From Chiloscyllium plagiosum (taxonomy: Eukaryota): DNA of 64,000 nt. The notes under the pieces are model-generated. The model saw only the letters and a program-made list of their open reading frames with translations. It did not search any database and had not been told where the DNA came from. This document shows, piece after piece, positions 12,939 to 25,458 of this stretch. Where the stretch lies: NCBI RefSeq assembly GCF_004010195.1, contig NC_057753.1:8805484-8869483 (forward strand), given 5' to 3'. The stretch's first letter is position 1, and each line of letters opens with the position of its first letter. A program made the translations under genes and the position numbers.

Positions 12939-13759
12939 TATCCTAACATAAGCCAACTTATGAAGGGCTCTCTGAAGGGCTCAGAGAAATGCACGATGTG
13001 CATTTAAGAAATGCACGATGTGCCAAATAGTAATCATGCTTGATATCAAAAATGATATCTGCAAACCAGATCATTGAAGGGTAAATAGCATAGCAATAAG
13101 CAAATGGTGAAGAATGAAAAAGTACGTGACAACAGTCTGTCTTGCAAGAAGATGACCTTGCAGTGAGAGCAGACTGTTTTGCAACAACGCATGGAATTGT
13201 TTTTGATTAGCAAGCACGAAGTAATGGCTAGACTTTGATTAGACTTCATCTTCGATTTGGATTTGTGACTGCTGCCATGAGCTGCATCGCCGCCATAATG
13301 GGGCCCCAACTAATGAAGGGACATGAGACTTACTTGTTTGAATATACGTAATATCTTTAAGTGAAGCACTTTGTAAAGATAATGGGTAATGCTGATCAAG
13401 CAATTGAAGTCAGTATATTTGCATAACACCAGACGACACTTGCCTTCTTGTATTCATTTTGATCAAATACTCTTCAATGTCGAACAAATACATTTGGTGC
13501 TGTGGGCAGGGTTGAAGGAAAACCTTCAAGAAAAAGACAAATGTTTGATTTGAGGAAGTATTCCGTATCCCAATATGATTTGGGGATTTTAATGAACTAG
13601 TTGAATGAGGTAGAGCAATGCAATTTTGGGATAAGGATTTGGAGCTTATTCCCAAATAACTATGCGCAGATGTAAATGTCTGTCAGGAGGAAGCGAACGA
13701 AAAGCAGACCAAAAGTGTCGCCCAAATGCCGTGCATTTTGTTGACCAGCGTCTATGGTG

Positions 13760-16700
13760 AGAATCGAACTGAAGTCCCCAGGGTGGTCTACACCTGAACC
13801 AGAGGGGTACCAGTATCCGGGAGGGGTGGAGGACGAATTTGCTAATGCTCTTTAGGAGGGTGTGTAAACTAATTCAGCTAGTTGATGGGAACCTAAATTG
13901 TAGTTCCAGTGTCCAGGAGATTGAGTTTTGAGGTCAGAAATGAGTATTCAAGATCTCAAGAGTTCACCGACAAGGAGGAAGGTGATTTGAAGTATATCTA
14001 CTTCAATTCCAGGAGCATCCGGAATAAGGTGGTTGAGCATGCAGCATGGGTTGATATCTGAGACTTCGATGTTGTAGCTATTTTGGAGACATGGATAGAG
14101 CAAGGGCAGAATTGGTTATTGCAGGTTCTGGAATTTTGATGTTTCAGTATGAACAGAGAAGCTGATAGAAAAGCGGTGAGGTGTGGCATTGTTAGTCAAG
14201 GACAGTATTACGGTAGCAGAAAGGACGTTTTAGGACTTGTCTACTGAGGTAGTACGGCTGAGGTGAGAAACAGGAAAGAAGAGGTAACCGTGTTGGGAGT
14301 TTGCTACAGGCCTCTGAATAGTCCCAGAGATGGAGAAGAAAGTATAGCCAACATGATCCTCGATAGGAGGGCTAGTAACAGGTGGACTTTAACTTTCCAA
14401 ATATTGATTTGAAAAGCTATAGTTCCAATAATTCAATGGGTCAGTTTTTGTCCAATGTGCCTCACAAACCTTATTGAGTTCTTTGAGATGGTGACCAATC
14501 AGGTGGATGAGGGTAAAGCAGTTGATGTAGTGTGTATGGATTTCAGTAAGGCGTTTCCTTGATTGGCTCTAATCTTCCTCTAGTTATTTTTTATTGCTGA
14601 TATTCCTGGAGAAAACATTCAGGTTTTCATTGATCCGATCTGCCAATGACTTTTCGTGTCCTCTCCTGGCTCTTCTTAGCTATCTCTTCAGGTCATTCTT
14701 GGCTAACTTGTAATTCTCAAGCGCCCGAACTGAGCCTTCACTTCTTATCCTAACATAAGCCAACGTCTCCCTCTTGAGAAGAGATTCAACTTATTTTGTA
14801 AACCATGGCTCCCTCTCTCGACCACTTCCTCCCTGCCTGGCAGGTGCATTCTTATCAAGGACACGCAGTATCTGTTCCTTGAATAAGCTCCACATTCAAT
14901 TGTATCCATCCACTGCAGTTTCCTGTCCCATCCTATACATTGTAAATCTTGCCTAATTGCATCATAATTGCCTTTACCCCAGCAATAACTCCTGCCCTGC
15001 GTTATAGACCTTTCCATTTCCATCACGAAAGTAAAAATGACCGAATTGTGATTACTATCAATAAAGTGCTCACCTACCTCCAAAACTAACATCTGGCCAG
15101 GTTCGTTACTCAGTACCAAACCAAATGTGGCCTCGGCTCTTGTTGGCTTGTCTATATCCTGTGTCATGAAATCATTCTGCACACATTGGAAATTTGTGCA
15201 TGCAGTCTGAGGAGTTAGGGGAAACGCTGAATGAATATTCTTCCTCAGTATTCACAGTGGAAAAAGACATTGTGGTCGAGCAGAATATTGAGATATAAGC
15301 TACTAGACGAAGCGGGACTGAGTTTCATAAAGAGGAGGTGTTAGCAATTCTGGAAAGTATGAAAATAGTTAAGTCCCCTGGGTCAGATGGGAGTTATCCT
15401 AAAATTCTCTGAGATGCCAGGAAGGAGATTGCAGAGCATTTGGCTATGATTTTTATGTCGTCATTGCCGACACGAGTAGTGCCAGAAGACTGGAGGATAG
15501 CAAGTGTTGCCCCCTTGTTCAAGAAGGGGGAGTAAAGACAACCCTGGTAATTATAGACAAGTGAGCCTTAATTTGGTTGTGGGTAAAGTGTTGGAAAAGG
15601 TTAGAAGAGATAGGATTTATATTCATCTAGACAGAAGTACGTTATTAAGAATAGCCAGCACGGTTTTGGGAAGTGTAGGCTGTGCCTCACAAACTGTATT
15701 GAGTTCTTTGAGATGGTGACCAAACTGGTGGAAGAGAGTAAAGCCGTTTATGTGGTGTATATGGATTCCAGTAAGGTGTTTGATAATGTTCCCTACAGTA
15801 GGCTTTTGCACAAAATATGGAGGCATGGAATTAAGGGTGATTGAATGGTTTGGATCGGATATTGGCTAGCTGAAAGAAATTGATGGTTCATAGGAAATGT
15901 TCATCGTGCATTTCAGTTTCTAGTGGCATACCGCAAGGGGCTAGATTAGAGTAGCGCTAGAAAAGCCCAGCAGTTCAGGCTGCATCCGAGGATCAGTGAC
16001 ATTGACATTTCGGGCAAAGGCCCTTCATCAGGAATACCGCAAGGACCTATTTTGGGTCAACTGTTGTTTGTCATTTTCATAAATGGCCGTAAATAAGGAT
16101 GTAGAAGGATGCGGTCATAAATTTGTGGATAACACTAAGGTCGGTGGAGTTGTGTATAGCTGAAGAATGTTGCAGGTTGAGAGCGAAATAAATAAGTTGC
16201 AGAGCTGGGCTGAGAAGTGGCAAGTGGAATTTAATGTGGAAAAGTGTGAGGTGATTCACTTTGGAAGGAGCAAAAGAATAAAGACAGTTGGGCTAATGGG
16301 AAGATTCTTGGTTGTGTGGATGAGCAGAGAGATCTTGGTGTCCATGTACATAGATCCCTGAAAGTTGCCACCCAGATTGATAGCATTGTTAGGAAGGTAT
16401 ACAGTGTGTTAGCTTTTATTAGTGGAGAGATTGAGTTTAGGAACCATGAGGTGATGTTGCAGCTGTACAAATCTCTGGTGTGGCCGCACGTGGAGTATTG
16501 CGTCCCGTTCTGGTCAACGCATTATAGGAAGAATGAGGAAGCTTTGGATAGGGTTCAGAGGAGATATACTCAGATGTTTTGCCTGGTATAGAGGGAATGT
16601 CATGTGAGAAAAGGCTGAGCGACTTCCGGCTGTTTTCATTAGAGAGAAGAAGGTTCAGAGGTGACTTAATTGAGGCATATAAGATAATCAGAGGTTAGAT

Positions 16701-17012
16701 TGGGTGGAGAGTGGGAGCCGTTTTCCGAGGATGGTCATGGCTAGTACGAGATATCATAGCTTTAAAATGAGGGCAATAGAGAGAGGACAGAAGTCTGAGA
16801 TAGTTCCTTTATTCAGAGAGTAGTCGAGGAGTGGAACGCATTGGCTGCAACAGTAGTAGAGACGATAATCTTAACGGCATTTAAATAGTCATTGCATAAA
16901 CGTATGGATGAAAAAGGAATAGTGTGCATAGGCTTCGGGTGGTTCCACAGGTCGGCGCAACATCCAGGGCTGAAGATCCCATAATGAGCTGTAATGTTCT
17001 ATGTTACATGTT
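13760..17012 (+). mobile_element. CR1 LINE (ORF1 end, APE endonuclease, RT, 3' tail) with internal inversion at 14557-15192
   Basis: HLNQRG-like ORF1 end; YFNSRSIRNK endonuclease start near 13995; 14557-15192 reads as CR1 ORF2 on the minus strand; RT resumes on plus at 15193; tail near 17000. Confidence 0.88.
15939..16033 (-). mobile_element. Short Penelope pLTR/hammerhead insertion with TSD
   Basis: 11-bp TSD ataccgcaagg (15928-15938 / 16034-16044); minus strand CTGATGA-A-GGGCCTTTGCCC-GAAATGTC. Confidence 0.8.
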
Positions 17013-17129
17013 CTCTTACCTGGGTGTCTGGATTAACAGGTTGTCGCCTCCACTTATGACACTACCTCCCTAAGTTATCAATGTATGAGTATATCATTAT
17101 CTTTGAGGAGCTCTTGAAGTCACTTACGA

Positions 17130-17445
17130 GATGAGGCTGTTACTGGCTTGGCCACCACTTATTGCTCATCCAAAATTTTACAGAAGTCATTGAAGAGCCA
17201 CATGCAGACCAGACCAGTTGAGGAGAGCTGTTTCTTTTTCTGAAGTGAACAAGACAGAGGTTTTCTTTGGACAATCGACAATGGATTCATTGTCGTCAGA
17301 CTCTTAATTCCAAACAAAAAGTTGAATTTAAATTACACATCCTGCCGTAGATTTTGAGCATTATTTCGAACCCAGGTCCCCAGAGCATTACCTGGGTCGC
17401 TGGATTAATATGCTAACGCCATACCATTAGGCAATCGCCTTCCCT
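17130..17445 (-). mobile_element. tRNA-derived SINE
   Basis: Minus-strand head ggcgattgcctaatggta...ctggggacctgggttcgaa (A/B-box-like); partial duplicate of the head at about 17015-17062. Confidence 0.55.
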
Positions 17446-17493
17446 TATGACACTGTGATTCGGAAAATGGAAAATGTAAATGAATGTAAATTA

Positions 17494-17825
17494 AATCCAC
17501 TGTGTTCCACCCCACCCCCCCCCTCCCCCCAGCCCGCATCATCCATAACAATGGCAGGACAATGTGATACAACCTTCTACAAACAGGGAAGCCACGCAGA
17601 GCCTTGTTCTTTCTGACAGTATGCTGTCTCAGAGGACCGTGTGAATGTATTCACATAAATTTCACAAGTGAATGACCACAACTATGTGTGAACGCACAGC
17701 GGGTCACAGATCTTCCTTTTCCTCTTCCCATGTGGAATCCGCTGGGTTCCAACCCCCCCTCCACCCCCCCCACCCCCCACATCATCCATAACAATGGCAG
17801 GACAATGTGATACAACCTTCTACAA
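17494..17825. repeat. About 90-bp direct repeats with C-tract flanking a 155-bp spacer
   Basis: catcatccataacaatggcaggacaatgtgatacaaccttctacaa is identical at 17537-17582 and 17780-17825; each copy is preceded by aatcc.ctg.gttcca and poly-C. Confidence 0.85.
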
Positions 17826-18806
17826 CATAGAAACTATAGCCTTCTTTCACCAGCCGCGTCATTGCTTGGCCCCACAGCCCTGCCACATGCTCCCACTCTG
17901 CAAGACTGCTCAAACGTTGCACAACGTTAGAAGGCGACGATTGTGTCGATAGTGTTGATTATTGACATATTTTACTCGGCTAAACTGATGATTGATTCTG
18001 CAGGATATTGGTTAACTATTTAAGTTAAATCGAAATGCAGGTTCCACTGTATGTGAAATTAAATATAGAAGGTTTAAATATATCACTATGCTATTTAATG
18101 ACCGATTTAAGGAAAATAATAATCATCAAATGTGAAATAGTATTTCAGGACTGCATTTGCGTATGGAATGCTAATTTTCACATCTCTAAACATCGATTTC
18201 ATTTCGATTCAATGACCAAATTGTGACACTGAGAAGCATGGAAGTAGGGTGTAATTACATCGACATCATAATTATCCATTTCTCTTTACCAAGTGTCCGT
18301 GTTGATCAAGTAATATGGTGTATTATTATTCCAAATCAAACATCAATGACCAGTTCCAGTAAAGATTGCCTGACCATAGCGCTTAAATTTGGAACTCACT
18401 ATTGTAGAACGTGGTGAATGAAGAGCTGTTCAGGTGACTGAAAGGTCAGATGGAGGCAGTGGGACTGAGGAAACACCAATGGAGTGAAAGCTGCTGCAGT
18501 GTTACATTTTCAGCCAGTTTAACCTCGAACGCATAAATATTCATGTGCACAGTGAGCGACAGTGACAAATGTGACTTTGCTGAAGGCAACAGAAAGGCTG
18601 CAACTCCCAAATAATTCGAACTTGGTGGCGGTTAGGATTTTATTTTGGCCTTGAAGGTAGCAGAAGTAGAATTTCTAGCCAATTAGATAGCCCTGCAAGG
18701 AGGAAAAAGGCATAGCTGAGCAATCGTTTGGTGTCACCTGCCTGCATATCCGAATGAGGATAAGTAGCTAATGTGTCTGCAGTGGACAGTTCACCATTTT
18801 AAAGTA

Positions 18807-19720
18807 TCAACACTTTAAAAGTTTAAGAAGCAATCTGTGTGGATATTTCAACCCATTTGTTCACTCGTTTCTGAATTTATTCTGGGTCCCCGCATAAATA
18901 AATTAATTTATCCAGGAACCCAAAAACTGAAGCACATACCCGGTTTCCTCCAGGATGAAGGATTAATTGCTATTGTCTGAAACCCAGTAATAAGTAACTT
19001 TTGCAATTCCGACGTAGAGCACTGTTACAAAAAAAATACCGAATAAAGCAGAACAGAACTACCTGAAATGCCAAAGAGTAAGACAATAGATATTTTCATT
19101 TTTCCCCATCTCTGGGTCACTAGGATTGTGTCCATTGCTCAGGGTACGGAGTCTCCTGCGGGCTCGATTGGCCGCTAAAGTATGCCTGACAGTTAGAGCA
19201 TTGAGCAGTAAAATCAGAATGAATGGGAGGCAGGGGACGAGAATGGATCGAATCTAATCGTATGTGGCCCATGCCTGTGTGGTGCTAAATGCCAATTTTG
19301 GAACACAGAACCATGGAACGTCGTTAAATATGTACAATGGTCCAAATGTAAAATACAAAAACGTTTTTTTAAAGCAGCTCAGCGTGCAGACGCCCACTAT
19401 CACCCACTTCGCTGTGACTTTTGTACTGTATTTTAGTTTCAGCCTCTGGCAACAAATGGCCACAAATCGATCAAAGGTGAAAGCAACCGTTAATCAGGCA
19501 GAACAATCTATAACTGAAGAAATAAGGACAATGTGGAGACTGCATATTGGTGTGACGAAGAAGAAGCTGAATGGAAAATAAATGCCAGCAGTCCGGTTTA
19601 TAATCACATTAACTATGATGACCAAGACATCTACTCGCGTCATGGATAGCACGTAGTAAATGATGCATCCAGAGAGACCACATCTTCTTCGCTGTAAAAT
19701 TACGATCACCGCCACATTTG
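18807..19720 (-). pseudogene. GPR139-like GPCR copy 2, exon 2 (multiple stops, frameshift, dead acceptor)
   Basis: NVAVIVILQRRRCGLSGCIIYYVL...DCSA*LTVAFTFDRFVAICCQRLKLKYST...WATYD*IRSILVPCLPFILILLLNALTVRHTLAANRARRRLR...DPEM...ETGYVLQFL...IN*FIYAGTQNKFRNE*. Acceptor reads ttacAA instead of AG at 19721-19722. Confidence 0.88.
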
Positions 19721-21065
19721 TTGTAACAGAGAGAATGAATTTGGACCATTGAGAATTATGCCTGAGAGCGCGAGAGCAATGAAGTCGTTAGTCCATATTC
19801 GATGAAATTACGCTTTCTCCAGAATTGTTTGTGAATTGTTTGTGCATGGTCAGCTTTTCCATTGGGAAGTATGCTTCATACCAAGTTCAAGACTTTTCAT
19901 TAAGCTTGGAGCAATCATCTTAATTGAAACCAAGTTATGCCAGTAACAAAATGATGTTGAAAACCCTTTAAAATGTGCACTGAAAATGATTGGATGATAG
20001 AATGTAAGCATTGAGTGGAGTCTGTCCACAGAATTCATTGCATATTGCTCACTTTAAAAGAAAATGTTCAAAGGTATGAACTTCTGCAAAGCAGTTCTCT
20101 GTTGAAACTACTGCAGATAACATCAACAAAAACATCGAGAGGCATACGGAGTGGGATGAAATTCAGATTTCTTCGGCTTTGCACAGAAAACATTGATTAA
20201 GATGTAACAGTATTTCTCATTTATTTAGTAGGAAATGTCAATGCTAACTCGAACCACTGGCCCTTTGCAGAGTTCTCATTTGGAGACTATCTCCGACAAC
20301 ACTAAAGCCCTCAATGCTGTAGTTTACTGTAAGGAGAAATTAACACTTCTGTGCAGATTCTACCTTTGCGATACTCAGTCACAAGAGTCTTCACAATAGC
20401 ACAATAGGACGGCACTTATATTGAGATGATATTGGTAAAGGTACAAGTTCCATAATTATAGTTATCTGATGAAGATTGATATAAAACAAATGTTGCCACG
20501 TGAGGAACAAGATCCTGTATGTAAATACATTTCACGCAGCTATGGCGAGGAGCTGGAATACATCATTACATGGAGGCAATATTCAAAACCGAATTGAATA
20601 CTGTGCAGTTTACGGGGAGAAGTTGTGAGAACAGCAATAAGCGAATTGTTTATCTGTAGACTGGACAAACACAAGCCTGATCAAATACCCTTCTTCACCA
20701 TTGAGCTATTTCTGAAATCCGTAAAGAGAATGTACAGCACAGTTATTAAGAAAACGTGCAAGTTATTGTGGAAACATATCGTAAAGAAACTCAACGAAGA
20801 AGGAGGATGAATTTTATTTTCAAAAGTGAGAACGTAGACGATCAGCAATGACCAGGTCACCAAGGAAATGAATTATTCCATTAACTCGGAGAATATTCTT
20901 ATGGGCAGATTTTGGAAATGTGACCTACCCATTAAAAGAAAGCAGAGTTCTTTAAATTGGGGATGAAATATCCACAATGTGAAAATGGGCGATTAGTGAT
21001 AAACAAAGAGCTTTGATTCAACAAATCTACGAATCGTGTAATAATAACCGAGTACAAATCTTTAC

Positions 21066-21146
21066 CTGGTGACCCGATAGCTGCAAGCAAATTATAGTAA
21101 ATTGAAAACAAAAGACCTTCTGGTATATGTGCATTTCTAGCAGACA
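21066..21146 (-). pseudogene. GPR139-like copy 2, exon 1
   Basis: MSARNAHIPEGLLFSIYYNLLAAIGSP with donor CCAG|GTAA at 21065; homologous to copy 1 exon 1. Confidence 0.8.
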
Positions 21147-21414
21147 TTTTAAGCACATTCAGCGTTATGCTGTATTTTTCCACATTTATACATGTGTCAG
21201 GCTGAAGGGATTAGATGGTTGAAACTTTTACAGTCATCAGCATAGTTATAAAAAAAGATAAATACAGTTGCAGTTGGGCATGTTTTGATGGATTGGAACT
21301 CGAATTAGAAATGCCCAGGGACTGCAAAACTCTTCAACTGCGTTTCTTTTTCAATATTCATGGCCCGAGTTTTCATCTATTCCATCTATTAAAACCATAT
21401 ACATTTCTTATTGT

Positions 21415-21600
21415 CTCAGAGAGACAGCCAACATCATCAAAGAGCCCTCCCACACCATTTATAATTCTTCCAACCTCTTCCATCAGACAGACGATGCAAA
21501 AGATATCGACATGTTCAAGAAAAGCTTCTTCGCTGCTGTTATTAGATTTCTGAATGGACCTCTCAAATTTGAAATCAAATGTTAATCTTTGATTATCCTT
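21415..21600 (+). mobile_element. Rex1/Babar-like LINE 3' fragment
   Basis: cagccaacatcatcaaag...cttccatcagacag...ttcaagaaaagcttcttc...tctgaatggacc resembles Rex-type 3' ends (recognition only). Confidence 0.5.
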
Positions 21601-21984
21601 GCACCTTCACATTGTCCATGCCATCGTTTCCAGATCATATGGTCCAGCAATCTCTTCTGTTGTGCGTCTTGAAGCATCATTCATCATGATCTTAGTGGAT
21701 GGATGAGTAGGTTCCAAGGATTGGATGGTGGACTCCTACTTCGTTTTGATATTTTCATGTAAATGCTTGTATTAAAGGTATTTACAACTTCACAGGTGCA
21801 AGCACAGCCATGACATACTTTAATGAGTTTTTTGACTAAAGAAGTGTAACTTTGATCTCGGTCTTGCAATGTACCCCAAAATGGGTCTTTGTGAAACAGC
21901 TGCTCAAGTTTAAGAAGCGAATCAGGTTCTAAACAGGGTAAGAGATTGAGCTAAAGTTCGTTAAAGAGGAGCGAAAGAACTATT

Positions 21985-22510
21985 AATTAATTTATTATCA
22001 CATGTATCTTGTTGCAAAATACAGTGAAAAGTATTGAAATGTCGCTACTGTCTGGCGCTAACTCAAAACACTGAAAATGAACCATAACTTCGAATATAAA
22101 GGCAGAACACAGAAGAAATAAAAAAGTGTCCAACTTTATCGTCCTTTTTGTTAAGTGCTCCATCATGTGCAGTCGGCCTGGTAGCGAGACATGTGCTCCC
22201 TTCGTCATACCACTGCTGCTGGAACAAAAATCACTTCTCCATGTGCCGTCTCACCCGCACTGACGTCATCTTGGTTACACACTTGATTGGTTCCGAGAAA
22301 GCAACGGAGAAGCAAAGCAACGTGGAGAATCCAGAAGCAATTCATTTAGTCAGAAAATCATGAATAGAACCCAGCTGGTCCGGCTTTTATAGTTCTAGAG
22401 CTCGTTCCAGTCCGGCCTCCTATGAGACGTTATGTTCTGCCTATGGAGCAAGTCGGATTTGAACTCTGGTCAAAACTGCTTAGCCGTAGAGACACTACCA
22501 TTGCATCACA
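21985..22510 (-). mobile_element. Possible tRNA-headed SINE with Rex-type tail
   Basis: Minus-strand head tgcaatggtagtg...gagttcaaatcc at 22445-22510; tail ttttcactgta...tgtgataataaa at 21985-22035. Continuity between head and tail is not proven. Confidence 0.35.
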
Positions 22511-22779
22511 AACACTTTACTGCATATGAATGACCCTGTGGGTTAATTGAAATGCACATGGAGTAAGTGATTATGACTAATTGAAGTGGGAATCTACTTC
22601 AAGCAGGATATACTATCGTACATTACGCATCATTAATTCATTCAGTGTGTTATTTTACAGAATGAATAAGACAATGTATGAGTCAGTGGGAAGTAATGTA
22701 CGCCATCAACAAAGAAACAAAGAATTTGTTATAAGGCACAATATATATAAAATACACACATACATATTCTTAATGAAGT

Positions 22780-23667
22780 AAATCTTAATGAAGTAATTAA
22801 ACCAAGTAATTATTTTCCCCGCTTTTCAATTAAAAAAAAAATTACTCTGTGCCCATCTGTAAACAGATGAGCTGATGGAATAACTCATTGGTGAAGGCAT
22901 TTTCATGCAAAATAAATAACAAAGTATAGAAATTGGAATCCAAGAAATAAGTAACATTTGCAATTCAGACTTATTTTATTTAAGAAAAAGCGCTGAATGG
23001 AATAGGATGAAGTGTCTGACATGGTAAAGAGTCAAACAATGGAACATCTGCATTTCCAAACCTTTGGATTCCCCTTATGCTGCATTGTTCTGGGCCCAAT
23101 TTCTACTGTGGTCTTTATTGACCCTTAGAAGATGACTGACCATCAGCTTATTGAACAGTCAAATCAAAATAAATAGCAGAGAATGTATTTATGTTATGAG
23201 AATCCAGTTATATACAGCTCAAAGTTGTAACTAATAGCATATTGATTTCCTTTGGTAAAACCAGGGTATAATGTCATTCATAAAGAAGACTTGTCCAAAA
23301 TACTAGTGAACGTTTACAACACAATTCAGTACATAAGCAGTTTGTATTGTCACAGCTATGGTTTTCTTGGTATCATGCTTCGTCTTCATTTTCTGGAAGC
23401 ATATAGCTACTGAGCAGTCAACGATGAAAGCCGCTACTGTCAGAGAGAACAATCTGTAATTACATCTATCAGAACAAAAGCCAAACTAGAAATTGAACGA
23501 AGGGATAGAAAACTGAATGGAAGATAAACACGTAGAATTAATTTTACTATCACAGCTGTGAACGTGCTCACGAGATCTGTCGCCTCCATGGAGACCAAAT
23601 AGATCGCCATACATCTGGAGATGCCTCACATTCCCTGGGCCAGGATCATAAGCACTGCCAAATTAGC
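22780..23667 (-). pseudogene. GPR139-like GPCR copy 3, exon 2 (heavily decayed)
   Basis: ANLAVLMILAQGM*GISRCMAIYLVSMEATDLV..., remnants AFIVDCSVAICFQKMKTK, and TM5-TM6 remnants at 22950-23200; many stops and indels. Confidence 0.75.
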
Positions 23668-23835
23668 CATTTTAAGGTTAGTGAGATTGGCCATGGGAAA
23701 TGCAAGGTCACAGGGACAGTGTATGGAAGGGGGAGGGGGTCAGAGGGTGAGTCTGCGTGGAATGCTCATAAGGTTTGGTGTGGACTGAAGAGGCCTCATG
23801 CCCTGCTTCCATACTGTTGGGAATCTATGCTTCTA
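23668..23835 (+). mobile_element. HE1-type (V-SINE) 3' fragment abutting the copy 3 exon 2 start
   Basis: ggttagtgagattggccatgggaaatgcaagg...ggtgtggact...tgcttccatactgttgggaatctatg, similar to the SINEs at 40645 and 63215. Confidence 0.7.
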
Positions 23836-25458
23836 GACAAATATATGAAGTTGTAAGTGTTTAAGAGCGATTAATGAACAACATGAAAAGCTATGAATCG
23901 TCACATTACTCACTAATCGCGCTCAACCTGTTTTGTTCAATTTATTTTAATTCTGGTACAGAAATATATCTCTGAGAATACAGCAGTATCCGGTACTGTA
24001 AAGAGCTGCCAGGAAATTTCGGGGCTTTTATACAGTTTGGTGACTTAGTTAGAGAACATAAAATTTATAATAGCCATATTCAACATGGAAAAATTAATGG
24101 TCACAAGAACAGCCTGAGAGACTCTCGAATGTAAGAAGCAGAGGTTGAAACAGAGGTAGCAGATGATATTTCACGCAGATCAGACAAAATGCTTCATGTC
24201 TGAGAACAATATAGGAAACGGTCACTTGCATAAATGGAAAGAAATTGGTCTGTATGGAATTCCCGAGAGGCATAACTCCAGCGAATCATTTGATGCTATT
24301 GTAAAGTGGTAATGGCAACGAATGAAACAAATCATCTATGTAGTGTTTCCCTGTTTGAAATGGTGGTTAGTTCTCCCACATCGGAGTGAAAACATTGTCG
24401 TGTCAAGCGCTATTCTAGGACAGGAGTACCATGGAAATGCTTGAGGTGTATCTTTTCAGATAGTTTGCTAAACTGAAGCAAAATTGAAACACAATGCGTG
24501 TATAGAATCTCTACCAATTTAATGGAGAGCTGTTGTTCATATTTCAGCACAATGAACAACATGCACATGGTTCAGAAATTAAGCAATACAACAATTAGCA
24601 CCTTGAGGAAATGGAGATTCATTTGGTATGTGATGGTTTACTCAACAAATAGCATCAATACACAGTACAGCGATGTTCATATCATGACAGGGAATGATAA
24701 TACTCCCATAGTAAGATCACCCATAAAAGCAAGCAACTTAATTTACAGCATGCCACCGCATAGTCAATACCTGTTATTGTGACAACACAAATAATGAACA
24801 AGAAACGTTTATTGTGCCGCAGTGCCGTGTCTCTCACAGTGGCACACTACAAATAACTGTGGCAGTGTCCATAGCTCTGAGCAGGCTGCTTCAGATTCAC
24901 AGTCCTCAATGCTCCAGTCGTTTGTAATCATATCTCTGAACAGATTGAATCGTTAAAAGAACGTGGAACAAAAGTTTCGCATGACTTTGTATGAAAATAT
25001 ATGTGCGCATCAATAACAGTCAGAATTACATTTAAAGTATGAGACGTTAACAAGCCGTGGAAAAATACCAAATGCAGAGAGGACGTCGTTCTAGTGTTTG
25101 CATGTTCGCCTGTCGAAAGGAGAATGATATATATCTTGAATGCTAAGAAACCATTTGTCTTAAGACATTTTAATACCACTATGTGAAACATGAAATAGTA
25201 AAAGGTAATGACGGTTCATTACGTTCGTGAAGAATAACTATGATTAAATTGAGAGTTGAAATGAATAGTTGGTAAAAATGTCGATTTTAGGGGTGAGGGC
25301 ATATCATACGTGCTCATGGTTTTCTTAAAAGTGTTTGACGGAGTAAATAGACAAGTGATCTACTTAAATGCTGAAATGACATCACTACCATGGAGAAGAA
25401 AATGACAAAACGAGAGGTATGCAAATCCTTCCATAACTAGCAACTGTTAGCACAACTA

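Noticed and set aside
19820..22797. Short tandem duplications (gaattgtttgt x2 near 19821; cttaatgaagtaa x2 near 22770)
   Set aside because: Common slippage events with no sign of function.
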